From a virus, in the IMG/VR virus record IMGVR_UViG_3300045970_000141, positions 1-40,546 of that record: 40,546 nucleotides of DNA; one strand, given 5' to 3'. The translations under genes and the position numbers were made by a program. The notes below the pieces were generated by a model that had not been told where the DNA came from, did no database searches, and worked only from the letters and a program-made list of their open reading frames with translations. This document shows positions 1 to 8,359 of this stretch, piece by piece; within the stretch, counting starts at the first letter, position 1, and each line of letters opens with the position of its first letter.

Positions 1-293
1 CTGCCCCACATCTCATATACGACTAGATCTCCTGCGAGCGCATTCACGCTGCTAAGGTTCCAGTAAAGCCCCATCATGGTGGTCGTCCATGTCTGGGTCC
101 ATGAAGTGAAATACTTTTCGCCTCCGCGATCAGACCCGCCAAACGCACGACTAGACCCGTAGGACGTTATGTTGTCCATCACGTTAGCCGTGCTAAACTT
201 CGGCACCGCCACGATCCCGACTACGGAATTTGTACTGGGCCGATAGACGTAGATGAACCCCGGGAACATGGTTGCCCCAGATATCCCCGCAGT
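1..293. repeat. Direct terminal repeat, copy 1 (identical to 40254..40546). Either circular-assembly overlap or terminal redundancy.
   Basis: Base-by-base comparison of the first and last 293 nt shows identity. Unique genome length is 40546-293 = 40253 bp. Confidence 0.95.
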
Positions 294-689
294 AGGGATC
301 TGGACAAATCCAGACGCCGCAAAATAGCCTTCTGGGAATACTCTGGCTGGGGTTACGGCCCCCGCTTCCGACAGCCCAACTGCGGCACAGAAAATCTGCT
401 GCGGGCCAGCTATCACTCGACCTTTCCCACTAAAAGGGATCACTACCCGAGCTGGTATCGACTCACTCCCGTATGGCGGAACCGCGAACGGCTCTATGAT
501 CCTCCAGCTTCCGGGGGCGTATTTACCAATCGGTACCTGAGTAGACAGGTAGTAAACTGGAAGGGCGATGCCGTTGACCAGGGAGTCGGGATTTGCAACT
601 GACCCCCCTCCCCACGGCAAGTATGTGGCGCTGTTCCACAGAGTGGGGAGATATACGCCAGACCCAGCAAGCGGGAAGTAGAGCTTCAC
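1..689 (-). CDS. 5' portion of the junction-spanning virion-module gene. About 409 aa in total together with 39713..40546. Beta-rich and aromatic-rich, function unknown.
   Basis: The frame of ORF 39713..40522 stays open through the repeat into 294..689. An in-frame TAG lies at 690..692 (minus sense). The first candidate start is GTG at 687..689, and there is no in-frame ATG between 270 and 689. My hand translation of the extension reads like a real protein (KLYFPLAGSGVYLPTLWNSATYLPWGGG...). Confidence 0.6.
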   Translation of the reverse strand, partial: MKLYFPLAGSGVYLPTLWNSATYLPWGGGSVANPDSLVNGIALPVYYLSTQVPIGKYAPGSWRIIEPFAVPPYGSESIPARVVIPFSGKGRVIAGPQQIFCAAVGLSEAGAVTPARVFPEGYFAASGFVQIPTAGISGATMFPGFIYVYRPSTNSVVGIVAVPKFSTANVMDNITSYGSSRAFGGSDRGGEKYFTSWTQTWTTTMMGLYWNLSSVNALAGDLVVYEMWG

Positions 690-733
690 CTACCCACCCG
701 CCAATTCTGTGAGTGGGTAGGTGGTCACGATCG

Positions 734-1333
734 TTACTTGTGGGCGACCTTGCCCGTATTCATTTCCGCGATCTTCTGCCCCTGCGCCTCCAGCGCCTTC
801 GTCAGTGTGGCGATCTGCTCGTCCCGCTTCGCCAGTTCCGCCTGCATCTTCTGAGCAGGAGCCGCCTTTTCGGCCGACTCCAGATAGGCGATCACCTTCC
901 GCCGCAGCCCGAAGAAGCCCATGAACTTCTGGCCGTTCGCGTCCGACAGATCCCGAAGCTGCTCGGCCGTCTTCACGCCAACCGCCGCCATCTCCAGGCA
1001 CTGGCTCTTCGTGATGAACGGGATGGTGGTGAGCGGAGTGCCCTCCAGCGGGGCCTCCAGACCGGCCTTGAATGCCCGGTACTCCTCCGCGAACTCCAGC
1101 GTGTCCCGCTTCGACACCTCCCGGATGACGTTGCAGGTCGCGTCACCCGGAATCATCTTCTTGATGAACTCGTGGTCCTCGAAGATGGGACGCCCCTCCT
1201 CGATGGTCTTCGTCTCGTTCTGGACCGCATCCATGAAGAACTGGACGAGGAGCCTCTTCTGGCGCCCCCCGTTCTGCGCCTCTAGGGCCTGCATTTCCGC
1301 TTCGGATGCACTGATTGCCATGCTGTCTCCCAT
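734..1333 (-). CDS. Hypothetical virion-module protein (199 aa) with a C-terminal coiled-coil-like tail.
   Basis: ORF track. It follows the capsid and decoration genes. A G-rich SD (GGGGG) lies about 5 nt upstream of the ATG at 1333. Confidence 0.7.
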   Translation of the reverse strand: MGDSMAISASEAEMQALEAQNGGRQKRLLVQFFMDAVQNETKTIEEGRPIFEDHEFIKKMIPGDATCNVIREVSKRDTLEFAEEYRAFKAGLEAPLEGTPLTTIPFITKSQCLEMAAVGVKTAEQLRDLSDANGQKFMGFFGLRRKVIAYLESAEKAAPAQKMQAELAKRDEQIATLTKALEAQGQKIAEMNTGKVAHK

Positions 1334-1344
1334 GCTACCCCCGG

Positions 1345-1381
1345 AAAAAGGGACGCCGAGGCGGGGGTTCCCCGGCGTCCC
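1345..1381 (-). terminator. Rho-independent terminator (minus strand) after the capsid and decoration genes.
   Basis: A 9-bp GC stem (1350-1358 GGGACGCCG pairs with 1373-1381 CGGCGTCCC) with a 14-nt loop. It is followed on the minus transcript by UUUUU (plus-strand AAAAA at 1345-1349). Confidence 0.7.
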
Positions 1382-1398
1382 CCTGCTGCTACTGCTAG

Positions 1399-1926
1399 CT
1401 ACACCCCTGCGACGTAGGGGTAGTTCAGGAACACGGTGCCTGCCGCCGAGGAGGCCGACTGAGCCCCCGCCACGTAGGCGCCGTAGATCTGGTTGGCGAC
1501 GGCTGCGGAGGCTGCCGGGGACCGCTCGATGCAGCCCGCCGTCGAGCCGATCTTGCAGAGGTCACCCAGAGTAGCGGCCGAGGACACGGTGACCGGGCTA
1601 GCGTGCCCGTACACCTGAACCCATCCCGCCACGTTGGAGGCCGACAGGGCGGCGTAGACGACGCCCACCCTAGCGGCCGAGCCGTTGCTGGCCGTGCCCA
1701 ACTGCGACACGGAGCCAGCGAGGCCCCGGAAGACGACGGCGTTGCCAGCGGCGACGTTCGCCCCGCCAGCGGCGTAGACGAAGACGCCCGCGCCGAGAGC
1801 GGAGTCGGTGGCGAGAGCCGTCTGCCCGAATCCGTACTTGGGGAAGACGCCAGCGGAGGTGGCGAAGGAGGCGGTGACGGTCACCTCGTCCTTGCCGATG
1901 GTGGGGTCGACGAACTTGTATGCCAT
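1399..1926 (-). CDS. Putative capsid decoration or cement protein (175 aa, Ala/Gly/Ser/Val-rich beta protein).
   Basis: It lies immediately downstream of the major capsid gene, with AAAGGA as SD. Composition and size fit podoviral decoration or cement proteins. The assignment is positional. Confidence 0.5.
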   Translation of the reverse strand: MAYKFVDPTIGKDEVTVTASFATSAGVFPKYGFGQTALATDSALGAGVFVYAAGGANVAAGNAVVFRGLAGSVSQLGTASNGSAARVGVVYAALSASNVAGWVQVYGHASPVTVSSAATLGDLCKIGSTAGCIERSPAASAAVANQIYGAYVAGAQSASSAAGTVFLNYPYVAGV

Positions 1927-1947
1927 GGTAGTAGTCCTTTCGAGGGC

Positions 1948-2934
1948 TTAGGTGGTGATCTGGAGGCGGCCCTGGAACTGGGCTCCCGAGCAGGTCGCCG
2001 CGCCAGCCCACGCGAGGATCTGCACTTCCGCGTCCTGATTGACCGACCAGCGACGGGTCGGGTTCAGGGCGACCATGTTCCGGTCCTTGTGCGGACGGAG
2101 CCGGAAATACTTGGTATTGAGGAAGTAGAACGAGGTGAACGGCGAGGACGAGGAGTCCACTCCGTATCCGCCGATTCCGCCGTCGAGCACGACATCGGCG
2201 TCCATGAACTTCACGGACGGGAAGCCGAGCTTGGCCTGACCGGGATCGGTGAAGCGCTGGATGGCCTGAAGCGACGCCATGTAGGCGGCCCAGGTGGTGT
2301 TCGTGGTGAGGATGAGGTCCGGCCGGTCGCTACCACGGACCAGCTTCGCCCACATCTCGTTCATGGCCGTCTGGACGACGGTCGCGGTGAGGCCACCGGA
2401 CTTGGTGTTGATCTGGTTCTTCCAGAAGGTCCAGGTGGAACGGTCGATGCCGCCGTAGGTGTTCGTGTTCGTGTACGGCACGGCAGCTTCGAGGCCGACG
2501 ATGGTCTTCCCACCGTATCCCGTACCGTCCGAGTAGACGCCCTCGGAGAGACGGTTCGCCATGGTGCCCTCGGCGACGTTGATGCGGGACTCCAGGAGGT
2601 CGATCATCGCCTCCCGACCCGAGTTCTGAAGCTGCTCCAGACCCGAGATGACCACCGGGACCGCGATCTGCTTCATGTAGAACTGGGCGGCCGAGATGAC
2701 ATCCTGGGCGGCGACCGGCAGGAGGTCGTATCCCGAGTACCACGAGGCGTTCCCGTTCTCCGCGAAGCTGATCTCTTCGAGGATGACGGAGCCACCCGAG
2801 ATGGTCTTGATGTTGCCGCGCTCCTGGAGGCGGGCCAGGAAGGCGTTGTTCTTGGTCACGTTGTCCGCGATCTTGCGGGTACGCGACTCGATGGTGGTTG
2901 CGATGATGTCCGTGACAGAAGTCGGAAAAGCCAT
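1948..2934 (-). CDS. Major capsid protein (HK97-fold type, 328 aa).
   Basis: Position in the portal-scaffold-capsid order, size, and general sequence character of podoviral major capsid proteins. GGAG SD 7 nt upstream. Recognised by eye only. Confidence 0.85.
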   Translation of the reverse strand: MAFPTSVTDIIATTIESRTRKIADNVTKNNAFLARLQERGNIKTISGGSVILEEISFAENGNASWYSGYDLLPVAAQDVISAAQFYMKQIAVPVVISGLEQLQNSGREAMIDLLESRINVAEGTMANRLSEGVYSDGTGYGGKTIVGLEAAVPYTNTNTYGGIDRSTWTFWKNQINTKSGGLTATVVQTAMNEMWAKLVRGSDRPDLILTTNTTWAAYMASLQAIQRFTDPGQAKLGFPSVKFMDADVVLDGGIGGYGVDSSSSPFTSFYFLNTKYFRLRPHKDRNMVALNPTRRWSVNQDAEVQILAWAGAATCSGAQFQGRLQITT

Positions 2935-3043
2935 GGTTCACTCCACAAGGAAAGGGTTGCGACACTTGCGCGTGGACGGGCCAATCCCGTTCGCCACGCC
3001 CCGTCGCGGGGCCTAATCTTGTGGGTGAGCCGCTAGGCTCCCA

Positions 3044-4120
3044 CTAACGTCGCGTGTTCAGCGAATCCCACGCGGCGTTGATGTCGTCCGTCAAGCTACC
3101 CCCCGATGGAGCCGCTACACCAGCTGTCGGGTTACCACGAACACTCGATGCTGCCACTCTGGCCCGCTGCGTGGATCCGTTCTGATTCGCGGCGGCCCTC
3201 CGCTGCTCTACAATCCGAGATACCTCGGGGTGTAACGCAACGGCTTTATTATACGCATCTTGTGCCGACATTTGGAAGCCCCTCTTGGACGCAAGGTCAA
3301 GGATATCGGCCATGTCCATCCGAACGTCCTCGAAGAACTCCTCGCCCTCGATGGCTTGAAGCTGCTGGGTGGCCTGCTGCCTCGTCCTCTCCTCGGCCTG
3401 CTGGAGAATGGCGTCCAGGCGGGGATCCCGGATGGGCCCCTGCGGCGCCTGCTGCTGGGGAGCCTGCTGGGGGGCCTGACCCGAAAGAAGCGCATCGAGG
3501 GTAGCGATGTCGACCCCGTAGGTCTTGATGATCCCGGCGACGATCTGAGCCCGGGTCTGCTGGGGGCCCGTGGCGAGCATGGCCGTCGTCCGCATCAGGT
3601 TATTGATCCCGGTCATGGGATCCACACCCTCGGAACGGAACAGGTGCTCGTAGGGACCGATGGCCTTCTGGAACTGCTGGTGGGTCTGGCGGGCTTCCGC
3701 CGTCTCCTGGAGCGCCATGGCGGTTTCCCGCTCACGCCGGATGACCTCCTGCTGGATGTCCGGGGGCACCTTGTCCCAGCCCTCCCGGGCGAGAGGCTTC
3801 CAGGACGCCGGGGGCTTGGCCTTCACCGGGGCTTCCGGGGTGACCGGAGCCACCTCGGGGGGCTTCTGGGCCTCCGGGGGCTTCGCCCCGTCCGTCTTGA
3901 TGGTGGGGGCCTTCTCACCTAGCGACTTGGCGAACCGGCCCTTCTCGTCCCTAGCGCGGTCGTCGGCCTGCTCCTGCGTCTCGCCGATACGGGCTTCGGC
4001 GCTGACCTCTGCCGAGGCCTCTGTCGGAGCCTCTGTCGGAGCTACTGCCGGAGCCTCGGGCTCGGTGGAGTCCAGTGCGGCCGCGATATCTTCCCTGAGA
4101 TTCGAGTCTTCGATGACCAT
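3044..4120 (-). CDS. Scaffolding protein (358 aa).
   Basis: It lies between portal and capsid genes. It has a low-complexity acidic/Pro/Ala N-terminus and a Q-rich helical C-terminal half, which is typical scaffold composition. Confidence 0.65.
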   Translation of the reverse strand: MVIEDSNLREDIAAALDSTEPEAPAVAPTEAPTEASAEVSAEARIGETQEQADDRARDEKGRFAKSLGEKAPTIKTDGAKPPEAQKPPEVAPVTPEAPVKAKPPASWKPLAREGWDKVPPDIQQEVIRRERETAMALQETAEARQTHQQFQKAIGPYEHLFRSEGVDPMTGINNLMRTTAMLATGPQQTRAQIVAGIIKTYGVDIATLDALLSGQAPQQAPQQQAPQGPIRDPRLDAILQQAEERTRQQATQQLQAIEGEEFFEDVRMDMADILDLASKRGFQMSAQDAYNKAVALHPEVSRIVEQRRAAANQNGSTQRARVAASSVRGNPTAGVAAPSGGSLTDDINAAWDSLNTRR

Positions 4121-4141
4121 GCTACCCCCGTAACTGCGTGG

Positions 4142-4354
4142 TTACTTCGTGTCTTCGGTGTCGTCCACGGCCTTGTAGTAGGCCCTCTTCTTGGAGAGCG
4201 CGTCGTGCGGGAAGGCTCCCTCCGGGATGACCTTGGAGATGCGTTCCGCCCCCTCCCGAGCCTTGACGGCCCGCGTCTCCACGCCTTCCTGCTTCTCGGG
4301 CGGTCCCTTCATCTTCCGCAACATCGCCGCCAGTGCTCCCTGGATGTCAGCCAT
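4142..4354 (-). CDS. Small hypothetical protein (70 aa).
   Basis: ORF track. TAATG overlap with the upstream gene at 4352-4356. Confidence 0.6.
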   Translation of the reverse strand: MADIQGALAAMLRKMKGPPEKQEGVETRAVKAREGAERISKVIPEGAFPHDALSKKRAYYKAVDDTEDTK

Positions 4355-4692
4355 TACCGCCTCCGGTCGAGAACTTCGTAGGTGGCCCGGGCGACCGCAT
4401 CTCGCCTAGCCTTGCTGTCATCACGGATATCTGACTTCTTCACGTTCTCGTAGTAGCCAGGGCTGAAGTCGCTAGAGGGCGCTAGCCCGGTGCGCTTCAT
4501 GTATTCCCGATGCTTCCTGCGGGAGCCGATGTCCGTGCCATCGGTAGCCTGAGTGTTTTCGTAGAAGCGGTCCATCAGGACCGGGGCGTTGAGAGCCAGC
4601 ACCTCGGCCTCCAGCCCCAGCAGGGCGGCATCCACGAACCCGAACTCGGACGCCTGCGGGTGGCTCGGGCGGTAGACGTACCTCTTTCTCAT
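4354..4692 (-). CDS. Hypothetical protein (112 aa).
   Basis: ORF track. Its start lies 2 nt after the portal stop through the recurrent TAG-CC-ATG junction (plus-strand catggcta at 4690-4697). Confidence 0.65.
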   Translation of the reverse strand: MRKRYVYRPSHPQASEFGFVDAALLGLEAEVLALNAPVLMDRFYENTQATDGTDIGSRRKHREYMKRTGLAPSSDFSPGYYENVKKSDIRDDSKARRDAVARATYEVLDRRR

Positions 4693-4694
4693 GG

Positions 4695-6962
4695 CTACTC
4701 CTTCCTTCCGGCGTTCTTGTTGGCGGCCTTGCTCTGGGAGAGCTTCTGGGCGTGCTGTTCCTTCGCCTGCTTCATCGTCATCTCGTGGTTGGCGATGGCC
4801 CGCTCGTGCTCCATGGACGCGCTAGCGTCGTCGAGCAGCATCTTCTTCGTGTCGGCCCGAATCTCGGCCTCGGCCTGACGGGCGCTGATCTCGCCCTCCA
4901 TCTGGGTTTGCTGGAGGGAGGTCTGGGCCTTCTGCTGCTCCACCTCCATGCCGAACATGAGCTTCTTCTGCTCTAGCTGGAGGCCGAACGCCTTAGCCAT
5001 CATCTCCATCTGGAGTTCCTGCTTCCGCATCTGCGCTTCCATCTGCTTGATCGCCATCTCAAGCTGGTTCTTCTGCTGCTGTGCCTGGATGTCGACCTGC
5101 GCCTTCTGCTGATCCATCTGCATCTGGGCAACCATCTTCTGCTGCTCCATCTGCATCTTCTGCTGCTCGGGGTTCGGCTGCGGGTTCTGCTGGGCCTGCT
5201 GCATGACCTGATTTGCGGTGAGCACCATCTGATCCAGCACCCCCTCGATAGTCGCACCGCCACGGAACCCAGCTATCGTCCATTGGAGCACCTGGAGGAG
5301 ATACGGCATCGACCACGGGGCGGCTTCCGCCATCGGGAGCGTGCTCTGGAGGAACTGGGACATCGCCATCAGGAATTCGCTACGCTCCTCCTTCACGGCG
5401 GCCATATCCGCCATGGACACGGACTCCGGCTTCACCTCGATACGGTACTGGTAGAAATCGCTCTTGATCAGGGCGATGGCCTGCTGGGCGCTCTGCTGAT
5501 CCTGCTGCGCGATGTACTGGATGTTGGAGCGCTTGGCGATCGTCTCGGGGTCTACGTGCTTCGAGATGATCTCGGCCTTTAGCGCCTGGATATCGGAGGC
5601 GAACCGTGCAAAATCGTTCTGGAGACGCTGCACCCGCACCGAGGCAAACTTCGCCTTGAGGGACTGTTCGGTGGCCGTCGCTCCTGCGGTCGACTGTCCC
5701 CGCATGATGTCCGACATCCCCGTGATCTGGTAGAGAAGCTGCATCAGTTCCGAGCGGTAATCCCGAAGCACTTGGAGTGCATTCACGATTGCGTCGAGCG
5801 GAAGCCAATCGACCACTCCGGCGAGGCCGCCCTTTTCCTTGAACGCCTCGAATCCCTCGATGCCGATCAGTTCGTTTGCGATCGTCTCGGAGAGCAGGCG
5901 CTTCACGCCCTCGTTCGTCTTGTCGTAGACGCCGCGCACCGCGATGGCGCGCTCCAGGTTGGTGATCCGGGTGGAAACGGCATCCACCTCGTCGTAGATG
6001 TCTTGGGCCAATACGAAATCGGCCCGAGGCATGAACTTGGTGGTGGTGACGTTCGCGACGAGCGGCCTAGGGCACGGGAAGAAGCCGTCCAGTTCGTAGG
6101 GGTCGTCCTTGATGTCGAGGATCTTGTCGAATCCCTTTACCCACCAGTAGACCTTCCGGTCTTCCTTGTTCCAGATTTCCCAGACATCGGCCCGGGACCA
6201 CGGGTCGTTCTTGAGGCCGTCGTTCTCGTCCTTGTTGATGTGCTTCGTGCCGGTCAGCGGGATCTTGTCCCCGTACTCCGGGAACCGCTTTCGCAGTTCG
6301 TCCTTCGTCATCGGAGCCTTGAAGGCTACCCAGCGAACCTCGTCCCACGTGCGGCAGGGCGACCAGCGGAAATCCCGCCAATGCACGTAGTCGGTGTCTA
6401 CGTCCTCTTCCTTCTTGGACGGATCCGGGGTGTAGGCCGGGGCTCCCTTGCGAACCAGGCCGGTAGCCTGGTCGATTGTATCCGGGATGGCCGGAACATC
6501 GTCGTGCTCCTCCCACTCGACCTCGTAGCGCACCCTAGCCTGCCCTAGACCCGGGATAAGCCGGTCTTCGAGGCAGTTCTCCAGAGCGGTCGCGTAGGTG
6601 TCGCTATCCCGCTCGATGTCCGTGTTCAGCATACGCTGGAGGACTTCGCCGCCGATCCGGGCTACGTCGTCGTTCGGATCCGCGAACTTCCGCTTCACAT
6701 CGACCTTCGGCTCCTTGCCGTACATGAGGGCCTGAAGGGTCTGGACGTTGGAGGAGAAGAGGTTGATGCGGGTGTCGCCCTCGCTGCGCTGGTCGTTCCT
6801 CATATCGAGGAACCGCTTGACGGTCTTGTCGCCCGCGTCGATCCAGGGCTGGCTATTGTCGGCCGCCGCCTTCATCTCCACGGACCATTTCGAGGCAATC
6901 CCCTCCGGGCTGTCGTCGAACTGGCGCTCTGACTCGATCTTCTGGCTGTTTTCGACGGTCAC
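4695..6962 (-). CDS. Portal protein (755 aa) with a long Q/M/E/K-rich C-terminal helical extension.
   Basis: Size, position directly after TerL (ATGA overlap at 6959-6962), and general portal-like sequence character. The last ~190 aa are a low-complexity coiled coil. Confidence 0.85.
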   Translation of the reverse strand: MTVENSQKIESERQFDDSPEGIASKWSVEMKAAADNSQPWIDAGDKTVKRFLDMRNDQRSEGDTRINLFSSNVQTLQALMYGKEPKVDVKRKFADPNDDVARIGGEVLQRMLNTDIERDSDTYATALENCLEDRLIPGLGQARVRYEVEWEEHDDVPAIPDTIDQATGLVRKGAPAYTPDPSKKEEDVDTDYVHWRDFRWSPCRTWDEVRWVAFKAPMTKDELRKRFPEYGDKIPLTGTKHINKDENDGLKNDPWSRADVWEIWNKEDRKVYWWVKGFDKILDIKDDPYELDGFFPCPRPLVANVTTTKFMPRADFVLAQDIYDEVDAVSTRITNLERAIAVRGVYDKTNEGVKRLLSETIANELIGIEGFEAFKEKGGLAGVVDWLPLDAIVNALQVLRDYRSELMQLLYQITGMSDIMRGQSTAGATATEQSLKAKFASVRVQRLQNDFARFASDIQALKAEIISKHVDPETIAKRSNIQYIAQQDQQSAQQAIALIKSDFYQYRIEVKPESVSMADMAAVKEERSEFLMAMSQFLQSTLPMAEAAPWSMPYLLQVLQWTIAGFRGGATIEGVLDQMVLTANQVMQQAQQNPQPNPEQQKMQMEQQKMVAQMQMDQQKAQVDIQAQQQKNQLEMAIKQMEAQMRKQELQMEMMAKAFGLQLEQKKLMFGMEVEQQKAQTSLQQTQMEGEISARQAEAEIRADTKKMLLDDASASMEHERAIANHEMTMKQAKEQHAQKLSQSKAANKNAGRKE

Positions 6963-8359
6963 GGGATCCTCTTGCGCTGCGACAGGGAGATGGCTCGATC
7001 GTCGTGAAGCTGGTCGAGCGTGAAGCTCATGTGGATAGGAACCGCATTGGGCTTGGGGGCTACCAGCGTAGGAGCACCTTTCCCTAGCATCTCCGATACC
7101 TTCACTACGGCAGCAGTATACCGGAAAGCGTCAGCGGCGTGGCTCGACCAATCATGGGCGGGTCGTGCCGAGTAGTCGCGGTCATCCTCGTCCCACTCGT
7201 AGTGATAGTTGCGGATGCACTTGATCCCGTCAGCGGTGCGCGGGTGGAAGCGCACGCCCTTCTGGATCATCCATCGAGCGGCCTGAATTCCCTCCAACAG
7301 TGGGAGATCGGGTCCAACCGATACCACTCCAGGGTACTTTCGCAGGAATTGATTGAGAATCGAAACCCCAGCCGCGAGAGTAGTTTGCCGGGCATCATGT
7401 GGAAGCCAGTGGCGTATGTATCGGTACGGTTTCCCGTCGATGACATCGAAATAATGACTAAGCGGTTTCCCGTGCTCTTCGTAAAAATCGATGAGGTCAA
7501 CGCGCCCTCCCTTCACTTGCCAGAACCAGATCACCGTGGAATCGGTGAAGCCAAGATCCCAGCTAGTGAAAACGTCGTCGTAGCCGTGCTCGAAATCGTC
7601 GAGGGCCCCGGTCTTCCCGGCCTCGTCGACGAGATCGCCCCAGACGGAGCCGACGAGGGCGGCTGTCCAGTCACAAAGGTACTCCTGCTTGATGAATGCT
7701 TCTGGCTTCCCGCTCTGACGCTCCTCGGCTAGCGTCTTCTCGGGGTCATACGCACGGGTATCGAAGAGGGTTTTGATGTCGCAATACCAGAGCTTCGGAT
7801 CCGCCTTGGCGCGGTCGAACAGGTCTTTTGCGTGGTTCGCCCCTCTAGGCGTCGTGATGTAGATTTCCCAACCGTCGTTCTCCCGGAGCATAGGGGAGAT
7901 GAGGTTCGTGCTCTTGGGCGAGCAGATGGCGTATTCGGAGTAGACGACACCTACGGGTCCGGCGCCCACGACCTCCACTCGATCTGACCCCAGGAGGCGC
8001 CAGATGCTTCCACACTTGAGTTCCACGACCATCTGCTGCTCGTCCTTGCGCTTGACGATGGACCCGGGTCGCTTCGGGTCCAGAAAACCCGGAAATACGT
8101 TCTCAAGGGTACGCTTTCCTTCCTTGGTGAAGCCCTCCCAGATGGCCTTCCGGGCTTGGGCGAATGTCGGGTAGATGTGCCAGTAGGCGCCCTTCCGCTC
8201 GTGCATCATCTTGCAGGTCTGGTGGAGGGCGGCGAGATCCTTGCCGGAGCGCCGATGCCACACCATCATGCACTTCTTCCCCCCGTTATCCATGAAGTCC
8301 ATGAACGGGATCTGGTAGTCCCGGGGGGTGAAATCGTTGGGTAGGGAGACGTTGATCAT
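6959..8359 (-). CDS. terL: Terminase large subunit (466 aa from the internal ATG).
   Basis: Walker A-like VWHRRSGKD near the N-terminus, size, and position before the portal. I prefer the ATG at 8359 (MINVSLPNDF...) because it forms an ATGA overlap with the upstream stop at 8356-8358. The track start at 8389 would add 10 aa. Confidence 0.88.
   Translation of the reverse strand: MINVSLPNDFTPRDYQIPFMDFMDNGGKKCMMVWHRRSGKDLAALHQTCKMMHERKGAYWHIYPTFAQARKAIWEGFTKEGKRTLENVFPGFLDPKRPGSIVKRKDEQQMVVELKCGSIWRLLGSDRVEVVGAGPVGVVYSEYAICSPKSTNLISPMLRENDGWEIYITTPRGANHAKDLFDRAKADPKLWYCDIKTLFDTRAYDPEKTLAEERQSGKPEAFIKQEYLCDWTAALVGSVWGDLVDEAGKTGALDDFEHGYDDVFTSWDLGFTDSTVIWFWQVKGGRVDLIDFYEEHGKPLSHYFDVIDGKPYRYIRHWLPHDARQTTLAAGVSILNQFLRKYPGVVSVGPDLPLLEGIQAARWMIQKGVRFHPRTADGIKCIRNYHYEWDEDDRDYSARPAHDWSSHAADAFRYTAAVVKVSEMLGKGAPTLVAPKPNAVPIHMSFTLDQLHDDRAISLSQRKRIP

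Noticed and set aside
1603-3036. Long antisense or alternative-frame ORFs: 1603..3036 (+), 11251..12477 (+), 33257..35152 (+), 10215..11066 (-), 20048..20866 (-), 14592..15245 (-), 5772..6548 (+) and many others in the track.
   Set aside because: They are Arg/Gly/Pro/Ala-rich translations typical of shadow ORFs in GC-rich DNA. Each fully overlaps a gene that has recognisable motifs or coherent operon coupling. None has independent start signals.
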